Shown here: positions 57,391 through 64,000 of the stretch, piece after piece
Position numbering within the stretch: position 1 is the first letter of the stretch
Layout of the letters: every line of letters begins with the position of its first letter
Source: an uncultured Candidatus Saccharibacteria bacterium
GTDB lineage: Bacteria; Patescibacteriota; Minisyncoccia; Phycocordibacterales; CAYSCM01
Length of the DNA stretch: 64,000 nucleotides
Direction of reading: 5' to 3'
Assembly (NCBI GenBank): GCA_964429815.1
Contig: CAYSCM010000001.1
Location: 1-64,000, forward strand
Translations under genes and position numbers: made by a program
The notes under the pieces: generated by a model
Database searches by the model: none
What the model was told of the DNA's origin: nothing
What the model saw: only the letters and a program-made list of their open reading frames with translations

Positions 57391-57424
57391 TCGGCCGCAC
57401 CCACAGGGTGCGGCTGATTTTTCT
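57391..57424 (+). terminator. Rho-independent terminator CGGCCGCACCC-acag-GGTGCGGCTG + ATTTTTCT
   Basis: Seen directly; near-identical copy at 57986..58019. Confidence 0.7.
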
Positions 57425-57451
57425 TGACTATTTAAAATAGTGTGATATTAT
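57424..57451 (+). promoter_or_regulatory. Sigma70-like promoter TTGACT-N16-TATTAT, with SD AGGAGAGGA before the ATG at 57483
   Basis: Seen directly. Confidence 0.55.
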
Positions 57452-57482
57452 CTTCCTAGACTAGAAATTTCAGGAGAGGAAC

Positions 57483-57977
57483 ATGAGCGTGGATAGACTA
57501 CTAATCTCCAAAGAAACAAAAACCCATGAATGGTATCTTCAAAAAAAAGCCCGCGCCGCAGGCGAAACGGGCTATGATCTCTTCTTCAGCAGACTGCAGC
57601 CGTCGGACTTCAGTTTTGTCCTAGAGAAAGAGGCGGGCCGAGTCCTAATTGTAGGGACGAATTCTCAAATTCGCAATTTTTTTGCGGACCAAGAAAAAAT
57701 CCTTCGCGAGGTCTGCACAAGACGTGCCATAGCAAATCCGACGTTCATGGCCGCTGCCTCAACCAACTGGTTCTGGCAAAAATTCTTCAACTATGGAAAT
57801 TTTTTGGACAACCATCCCGAGGGAGCGACCCTTCCCGCGTTGGTTATTGCCTCGGGCGACATCCGCCACTACGACGACTGGGGTCGCGGCACCACTATCG
57901 ACAAGATCGATACGTGGCTCTCTGGCCATTGCGAGCGCTTCGGTGTACCGATTGAGTACATCAAAAGCGCCAATTAA
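57483..57977 (+). CDS. Hypothetical protein
   Basis: 164 aa; flanked by its own promoter and a pair of matching terminators. Confidence 0.5.
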   Translation: MSVDRLLISKETKTHEWYLQKKARAAGETGYDLFFSRLQPSDFSFVLEKEAGRVLIVGTNSQIRNFFADQEKILREVCTRRAIANPTFMAAASTNWFWQKFFNYGNFLDNHPEGATLPALVIASGDIRHYDDWGRGTTIDKIDTWLSGHCERFGVPIEYIKSAN

Positions 57978-57985
57978 TTAAGACT

Positions 57986-58019
57986 TCGGCCGCACCCATA
58001 GGGTGCGGCCGATTTTTAC
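57986..58019 (+). terminator. Rho-independent terminator TCGGCCGCACCC-ata-GGGTGCGGCCGA + TTTTTA (possibly bidirectional)
   Basis: Seen directly. Confidence 0.7.
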
Positions 58020-58996
58020 TTTCCGGGATTTTTTTCGTACCAGGCGATTGTTTTTTTGAGGCCATCTCGTAGTGCCGTCACCGCTTCCCAGCCGGTATCG
58101 CGTTTTATTTTTGAGACGTCCGGAACACGTCGCTTCACGCTTCCCGTGGGACCTGGTTTGCGTTCAATAACGTTCGGCCTCCATCCGGCACGTTCGAACA
58201 AGACTTCGACGAGTTCCCCGATGTTAGTCTCGACGCTCGTACCGATATGATACGTCTCCCCGTCCGTTTTAGAACTTTCCATTACCGCCTGCATCGCCTC
58301 GACCGCATCATCAATGTAGCAAAATGAGCGCGTCTCATCGGCGCCGTAGAGGGCGAACGGATCTTCGCGTCGCTCGATGCGCCCCAACACATCGGGAATC
58401 ACGTGGTGGCCGGAGCGGGGTCCGTAGAAATTATGGGGGCGTACAACGACCGTGCGAAGTCCATACTGTTTTGCATAACTGTTGAAGAGTAGTTCTCCTA
58501 TCAACTTAGTACCGGCATACGACCACCGGGGATTACGAGGGTCAGCGATGACAAGCGGGACATTTTCAAGCGTAGGCAGCGGCAAGATGCCGAAGGCTTC
58601 AAGGGCACCGGCATATGCCTCGTTCGACGAGGTAAAAAGTATTTTTGACCCCTTCTTGTTCTTCTTAAACCACTCGAGCGCATGGACATTAAGAAGAAGG
58701 GCGGAGCGGAGAATTTCCGCAGGTATCTCATAAAAAAGCTTGGTCGAGTTAATGGCGGCTAGATGGTAGACGTCGTCAAAATCGAAGCCGAGCTTCTCCC
58801 AAGCTCTTGCTTGCGTGAGGTCGCACTGTAGGAACACAACTCCCCTCTCCTTAGTGAGAGCCCGGAACTCTTCGTCATGCTGCCCGAGCGCAAAGTTATC
58901 TACCAGGGTGAGCTCGTACCCAGCACCCTGTAATCGCTTAGCTAGGTGGTAGCCGACAAATCCTGCTGCCCCGGTTATCAAAACTCTTTTTGCCAT
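58016..58996 (-). CDS. NAD-dependent nucleotide-sugar epimerase/dehydratase
   Basis: Start at MAKRVLITGAAGFVGYHLAKRL (cat 58994-58996). Confidence 0.85.
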   Translation of the reverse strand: MAKRVLITGAAGFVGYHLAKRLQGAGYELTLVDNFALGQHDEEFRALTKERGVVFLQCDLTQARAWEKLGFDFDDVYHLAAINSTKLFYEIPAEILRSALLLNVHALEWFKKNKKGSKILFTSSNEAYAGALEAFGILPLPTLENVPLVIADPRNPRWSYAGTKLIGELLFNSYAKQYGLRTVVVRPHNFYGPRSGHHVIPDVLGRIERREDPFALYGADETRSFCYIDDAVEAMQAVMESSKTDGETYHIGTSVETNIGELVEVLFERAGWRPNVIERKPGPTGSVKRRVPDVSKIKRDTGWEAVTALRDGLKKTIAWYEKNPGK

Positions 58997-59907
58997 GATA
59001 GTCTTCGCTTTATCGCGATCCGAAGAGCCTTGAGCGCTTCCCGACCGGAAACGATCGGCCTTGGCCACTCCGAGAACCATTCAGGAAGGATAGGGAACCG
59101 CTTCTCCGCTCTGAGTTGCACGTTATTTGCCTTGATGGCTCCGCCGAGAAGTTCCATGCTCTTCCCCGCTCGGCCGTGCGCATAGAAAAAGGCGCGCATA
59201 TCTTTCGGCAGACAATGCCCGCCGAAGGCTTTGCCATAGCGGAGGTACGGCTTTCGTTCGAACAAAAAATTGACGACGTTCTCTATTTTGGAGAGCTCCT
59301 TTTGGCTGGTCGGGGTTCCCATCGCGTTACCGAATTCATTCACGAATGCGATACGCATGGCATTCCAGACATTCGACAAATATTTTATGTACGATGCTTC
59401 TTCGGGGGTGCCTGCGAAAGATTTCACCGAACGTTTACGCCACTCATCGAGAAAGCTCGGTTTCTTTTTCCCGGTGCGTGCGCCAACGACGAAGTAGTAC
59501 GGATTGAGGCATTCCTCTACCGCCTTCTTTTCGTGCAAAAATTCAGGAACATAGAAATCAAATGCGAGTTTATCCAGTGATTGTGGTATGACGGTAGAGC
59601 GTAGTATGACCGTCCCCTTCGCTCCCTTCAGGGTCTCAAGGGCTTTTTCTATCGGGGAAACATCCTGAATGCCTTCTTCGGATACGCGATCGCCCACACA
59701 GACCACGTACACGGTGTTCGGGCCATCGTGTTCACGTGCGTGCGAGAGAGAAGCGATTTCCGAGCATTCTTTCTGATATTTTGGGACGTATTTGAGCGAA
59801 GTCTCTGCCACGTCATAGCAAAAAACCGGATATCTCATGATCCGCAGCGAGATGGCATTTGCTTGGCCGACCCAACCGTATCCAACGATGACAATCGTCT
59901 CCTTCAT
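58978..59907 (-). CDS. Nucleotide-sugar (UDP-glucose/GDP-mannose) 6-dehydrogenase family, short form
   Basis: IVIVGYGWVGQANA; catalytic Cys motif GGHCLPKD. Confidence 0.75.
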   Translation of the reverse strand: MKETIVIVGYGWVGQANAISLRIMRYPVFCYDVAETSLKYVPKYQKECSEIASLSHAREHDGPNTVYVVCVGDRVSEEGIQDVSPIEKALETLKGAKGTVILRSTVIPQSLDKLAFDFYVPEFLHEKKAVEECLNPYYFVVGARTGKKKPSFLDEWRKRSVKSFAGTPEEASYIKYLSNVWNAMRIAFVNEFGNAMGTPTSQKELSKIENVVNFLFERKPYLRYGKAFGGHCLPKDMRAFFYAHGRAGKSMELLGGAIKANNVQLRAEKRFPILPEWFSEWPRPIVSGREALKALRIAIKRRLSWQKEF

Positions 59908-59936
59908 GGCGAAAAACTATAACATAAAAATGGCCT

Positions 59937-61073
59937 TTAGGTAACGGCCCGAAGGGACTCGAGAATGAGGCGCGCCCGCGCTTCCCAGCTGTAGCGTTTC
60001 GCGAGTTCGCGAGCGACCCGACCTCGATCCACAAATTTGCCCCGAAGTCCTTCGAGCACCGTTTTCAAAAGAATTTCCCCATCGCCAGCGGGAACGAATG
60101 CCGCCTCCCGGTCGGAGAGAATTTCCCGCACCGAGGGAAGATCCGTCGTGACAATAGGAATTCCGCTCGCCATGTAGCTGAACATTTTAAGCGGTGACAT
60201 AAACTTGGCGTAGTGTTCCGTGTTTGGATAGTTCATGACGTGCACGTTGGCGGCTCGGAAATAACCGACCATGTCCTTTTGTGATGGAGTAGCATTAATA
60301 TGAAATTGACTATCTCGAAGACCGGCAGAGTGTGCCATATCGATCGCACGAGCCCTATCGACCTGCGACATACCAGCAAGAAGTAAATACGCGTTTGGTT
60401 CCTCATGGAGTAGTTTCGGAAACAGACGTATAAGCTCCTCGACGCCCTTGCCCCTTCCCATGGTGTGGAGTGCCCCTACATACCCGACCACCTTCGCTTC
60501 GGAGGGGATGCCGTTGCCCCGACGCCACACTCCTACATCAAACGGCTCACGGTAGGGTCGCACATCGACTCCATCGTGAGCTACCACGATCTTCCCAGGA
60601 TCCACCCCTTCGCTCTTCAGAAGCTCTGCGTGTGCTCCCGTGATGGCAACAATGAGCCGAGCACGTTGAAATAGAATTCGAGCGAATCGATTCAGTTTTT
60701 TGGTGTGAACTTCCCACACTACCCTCCCCGTTTTTGCGACAAGAGAAAGCGCCACCTCATCACGACCGTAGATGATATCCGCTCTCGAACTGCGAGCGTA
60801 GAGGTACGAAGCGAAAGCAAACGTTACCACCTGTACGAAAAAGCCAGCGCTCCCGAATCGCACGAGGTCGAGCGAGAAAAGCCTTACGATGCGAAACTGC
60901 GTGCGCACATCATAAAACTCAAACGGATCGACAGCAAGCCGACCGAAGCGCCACGGTACTGCGAGAATCACCTCATGGCCTTCACGGGCAAAGGCCTCGC
61001 ACATCTTCACGACCTGGAGGCCATGCGCCTTCTCGGTCGGCAGTCGGATGTTGGCGACGTAGAGGATTTTCAT
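59937..61073 (-). CDS. Glycosyltransferase family 4 (GT-B)
   Basis: KMFSYMASGIPIVTTDLPSVREIL. Confidence 0.85.
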   Translation of the reverse strand: MKILYVANIRLPTEKAHGLQVVKMCEAFAREGHEVILAVPWRFGRLAVDPFEFYDVRTQFRIVRLFSLDLVRFGSAGFFVQVVTFAFASYLYARSSRADIIYGRDEVALSLVAKTGRVVWEVHTKKLNRFARILFQRARLIVAITGAHAELLKSEGVDPGKIVVAHDGVDVRPYREPFDVGVWRRGNGIPSEAKVVGYVGALHTMGRGKGVEELIRLFPKLLHEEPNAYLLLAGMSQVDRARAIDMAHSAGLRDSQFHINATPSQKDMVGYFRAANVHVMNYPNTEHYAKFMSPLKMFSYMASGIPIVTTDLPSVREILSDREAAFVPAGDGEILLKTVLEGLRGKFVDRGRVARELAKRYSWEARARLILESLRAVT

Positions 61074-61876
61074 AGACTCCTGCGACGCTTATAGAGAAAA
61101 TTGAGCCAGCCGAACGCTAGGTTAAATGCGAGCTGCCGTGTCCACGAAAGATTCTCCTTCCAGGACTCATCGAGCTCTATTTTCTCACTCGCTTCCCCCT
61201 TCATACGGTTGCCACTTATTTGATGATGCGGAAAGGCCCGAAAAGAGAGCATGGCGGGTTCGTAGGAGAGGCCGACCGCTTCCAAGATGCGGGCGAGGGA
61301 TTCCTGCGGATGCGCAACAAGCTCCTCATAGCGCAAGAACAGGTAGCGCGCTTTGACCCTCCTGCGCAGAAGCTCGACTTTGGCGTTCATGAAAAACCAG
61401 CGCGAGAGCGAGAACCACACATGGGCTCCATATTTACGCAGATAGGATGAAAATACCCCGCGCCCGTCTCGCACTACGTGCACGATTACGGGGTCGGGGA
61501 GCGCCCGGCACATGAGTTCGGTATAGTCAGCGTTCTTTGATGAGTCGACAACGACCGAGGCCCCCTTGGTAGCGGCAGCCTTGGTATAGATGGTACGGAC
61601 ACGTTCTCGGTACTGCGCGATGTCGACCGCCTTCCCTGTCTTGGCGTAACGATAATTTTTTGAGCCGAATAGAAAACCGCTTTTGCTTCGGGCTACGTCA
61701 AAGAGTTCCCCTTTCGGGAGAATGTCCCGCCAAAAAGGGTCACTGGTGGGGTCCGAATCCTCCGAGACGAGCTCGCCGATGCCGATGACTTTCGAATGTG
61801 AGTCGAGAAGAAGGTCCAGGAGTGTTGAGCCACTGTGCCCACTTCCGAGGATAAAGAGTACTTGGGGGATTCGCAT
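61070..61876 (-). CDS. Sulfotransferase (PAPS-dependent), second copy
   Basis: Start at MRIPQVLFILGSGHSGSTLL (P-loop-like 5'-PSB); VHVVRDGRGVFSSY (3'-PB). Confidence 0.7.
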   Translation of the reverse strand: MRIPQVLFILGSGHSGSTLLDLLLDSHSKVIGIGELVSEDSDPTSDPFWRDILPKGELFDVARSKSGFLFGSKNYRYAKTGKAVDIAQYRERVRTIYTKAAATKGASVVVDSSKNADYTELMCRALPDPVIVHVVRDGRGVFSSYLRKYGAHVWFSLSRWFFMNAKVELLRRRVKARYLFLRYEELVAHPQESLARILEAVGLSYEPAMLSFRAFPHHQISGNRMKGEASEKIELDESWKENLSWTRQLAFNLAFGWLNFLYKRRRSL

Positions 61877-61974
61877 GAGAGTGAGTGTTACACGTAAACT
61901 AAATCGACATCGGGAAAGTTGCAATGAGGAGCCTGCGTTTTACTTGTGGCGCTGAGGGGATATAATCCTTACCT

Positions 61975-63243
61975 ATGGACGACCGGGAACGTAGGGTGTG
62001 CCGTATATCCGGCGAGCCTCTCACCGAACTTTTCACACTCGGCGAACTTTACATTTCCGATTTCATCCCGCGAGAGGGAAAGCCCCGTATGAAAAACAAG
62101 GTTGAACTTAAGCTTATGCTTGCACCAAAATCCGGTTTGGTACAGCTCGCGCACACCGCCCCTTTCGATGAGATGTACGGCGAGTATTGGTACCGCTCGG
62201 GCACCAATGAGACCATGCGTCGGGAGCTTAAGGACATCGCAGATTCCGCTTCAAGACTTATGCGACTTGCGAAGGGAGACGTGGTAATTGACATCGGCTG
62301 TAATGACGGGACGCTTTTGAGTTTCCTGGGCACCGAGGTCGTCCGCATAGGCTTTGACCCCGCACGCGGAGACTATCCCGAGCTTGCAAAAAAACATGCA
62401 GACCTTGTCGTGACCGACTACTTCACCTGCGCTGCGTTCAAAAAATCGAGCTTTGGCAAGCAAAGGGCTAAGGTTATCACATCGATCGCGATGTTTTATG
62501 ACCTCGAGAAGCCCGATGAGTTCGTTGCGGATATTGCCGAGGCTCTCGACGATGAAGGACTTTGGATAATACAGATGAGCTACACTCCGCTCATGCTCAA
62601 GCAGTTGGCCTTTGACAACATCTGCCACGAGCACCTTGAGTACTATACGCTCCATTCGCTCCAGTACCTCCTCGCGAAGCATGGGCTCAAGGTCGTTGAC
62701 TGTCAGCTCAATGACGTCAATGGAGGGAGTTTCAGGATCTATATCCGCAAGGAGAAAGCTACTCCCGCCACATTTGCGACCGCGCCATACCGTTATGTAG
62801 CGCAATTCCGGGTCGATTCCATACTCGCGTATGAGAAAACCCTCAACCTAACCGACCCGAAGACCTACCTCGACTTTTTCGAACACGCGAAACGATTGAA
62901 AAAAGAAACCGTCGACTTTATCGTATCCGAAAAGAAAAAGGGTAAGAAGATCTGGGCGTATGGGGCCTCCACCAAGGGCAATACACTCCTGCAGTGGTTC
63001 GGTCTCAATGAGACCCACATCGACGGCATAGCGGAGCGCTCTCCGGCAAAGTTCGGGCTCAAGACAGTGGGCAGTAATATCCCAATTTATTCAGAAGAGG
63101 AGATGCGGGCCGCAAAGCCCGATTACCTTTTGGTCCTGCCGTGGCACTTTATCGAAGAGTTCGTGCGGCGAGAACAGGCGTTCCTCAACGGCGGCGGGAA
63201 ATTCATAGTTCCCTGCCCGAAGTTCGAAATAGTTGGCGCCTAG
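61975..63243 (+). CDS. NDP-hexose C-methyltransferase (TylCIII-type)
   Basis: CRISGEPL zinc-ribbon-like N-terminus, VIDIGCNDGTLL SAM motif, C-methyltransferase C-terminal domain. Confidence 0.75.
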   Translation: MDDRERRVCRISGEPLTELFTLGELYISDFIPREGKPRMKNKVELKLMLAPKSGLVQLAHTAPFDEMYGEYWYRSGTNETMRRELKDIADSASRLMRLAKGDVVIDIGCNDGTLLSFLGTEVVRIGFDPARGDYPELAKKHADLVVTDYFTCAAFKKSSFGKQRAKVITSIAMFYDLEKPDEFVADIAEALDDEGLWIIQMSYTPLMLKQLAFDNICHEHLEYYTLHSLQYLLAKHGLKVVDCQLNDVNGGSFRIYIRKEKATPATFATAPYRYVAQFRVDSILAYEKTLNLTDPKTYLDFFEHAKRLKKETVDFIVSEKKKGKKIWAYGASTKGNTLLQWFGLNETHIDGIAERSPAKFGLKTVGSNIPIYSEEEMRAAKPDYLLVLPWHFIEEFVRREQAFLNGGGKFIVPCPKFEIVGA

Positions 63244-63246
63244 TCG

Positions 63247-64000
63247 TTATTCCCTCCTCTGAGCCGCCTCTACCATTTCTTCGACTAGTTCCTTGAAGGA
63301 AATCTTTGGCTCCCATTCGAGCTCCTCAGCAATTTTTGCGTTGTCTCCACGGCGCGGATACATTTCCGCAGGGCGATAGAACTCGCTCGCCACGCGCACA
63401 CGCACAGTACCGGACGGGTCCACTCCGACCTCATATTGCCCTTCCGCTTTCCACGCGATATCCATACCAAGACGTTTCGCAGCTATTTCGATAAACTCCC
63501 GTACGGTATGGGCCCTGCCAGAGGCTATGACGTAGGACTCCGCCCTATCGTGCTGCAGGGTCTTCCAAACGGCTTGGACGACGTCTCTGGCGTGTGACCA
63601 ATCGCGCCTCACATCGAGATTCCCTATCCGCAACTCCTGCTCTTTCCCCAGAGAAATGCGCGCGAGCGTCGTCGCTATTTTTTGGGTCACGAATTCCCTT
63701 CCACGACGAGGACTCTCGTGATTAAAAAGAATTCCAGACACGGAAAAAATATGGTGGTCACGCCGATATGCCTCGATAAGGTTATGCGCAGCTGTTTTTC
63801 CGACGCCGTAGGGGTTGCAGGGCCGAAAGGGCGTATTCTCATTTTGCGGGCTTTCTGACGCTTCGCCGTACATTTCTGCCGATGATGCTTGGAACAGTCT
63901 CGATCCAGGCAAAAATTCTCGCATCGCCTCGAGGATAGTGAGGGGAACGAACGCAGTGCTCTCAAGGGTTTTGCGCGGGTTCTCCCAGGGGTTTGCCACC
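63247..64000 (-). CDS. gmd: GDP-mannose 4,6-dehydratase, partial (N-terminus beyond window end)
   Basis: SSAEMYG, ILFNHESPRRG, close similarity in pattern to the enterobacterial Gmd C-terminal half. Confidence 0.9.
   Translation of the reverse strand, partial: VANPWENPRKTLESTAFVPLTILEAMREFLPGSRLFQASSAEMYGEASESPQNENTPFRPCNPYGVGKTAAHNLIEAYRRDHHIFSVSGILFNHESPRRGREFVTQKIATTLARISLGKEQELRIGNLDVRRDWSHARDVVQAVWKTLQHDRAESYVIASGRAHTVREFIEIAAKRLGMDIAWKAEGQYEVGVDPSGTVRVRVASEFYRPAEMYPRRGDNAKIAEELEWEPKISFKELVEEMVEAAQRRE

Overview
The window is 64 kb of GC-rich bacterial chromosome with almost no intergenic space and no rRNA, tRNA, CRISPR or transposase. Very compact genes, short overlaps, a short Obg and a giant adhesin-like gene hint at Patescibacteria/CPR, but that is an inference, not established. 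It has three parts. (a) 1..6871, minus strand: the 5' end of one giant gene. It continues off the window start with no stop in that frame, which is why the ORF track omits it. It encodes an N-terminal excisionase-type helix-turn-helix, one transmembrane helix and at least 2,200 aa of Thr/Ser/Asn/Gly-rich repeats, including Hep_Hag/YadA-head-like and tail-fibre-like modules. Inside it are near-identical DNA repeats of 300-570 bp. A smaller same-strand paralog with the same HTH and a C-terminal membrane anchor lies just upstream (7133..8305). (b) 8.2-18.1 kb: a housekeeping block with gatB, obg, a holin-like membrane protein, NUDIX, ABC-2 exporter, cytidylyltransferase, PG-binding secreted protein and secA, plus a candidate 30-aa Arg-rich micro-ORF with its own terminator. 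(c) About 18.7-64 kb: a very large surface-glycan biosynthesis super-locus. It holds an O-antigen-ligase/TPR protein, a fused ATP-sulfurylase/APS-kinase (PAPS synthesis) and two sulfotransferases. It also holds a NeuB-family ulosonic-acid synthase with two CMP-sugar synthetases, two KdsC-like phosphatases and two D-2-hydroxyacid dehydrogenases. Heptose-activation genes are present as separate ORFs (GmhA, a stand-alone PfkB kinase, stand-alone adenylyltransferase). Other members are a B12-radical-SAM enzyme, an ALS-like TPP enzyme with an E1 alpha/beta pair, a Wzx-like flippase, five SAM methyltransferases (two class I, FkbM, C-methyltransferase), a DegT aminotransferase, two GT4 glycosyltransferases, a TagF-like phosphotransferase and a GMD fragment at the window end. 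A divergent pair of paralogous P-loop kinases flanks a palindromic operator. The most unusual inferred system is a sulfated, methylated, ulosonic-acid/heptose-containing glycan machinery physically coupled to a giant membrane-tethered HTH-repeat surface protein that is rich in glycosylation-prone Ser/Thr and N-x-S/T sites.
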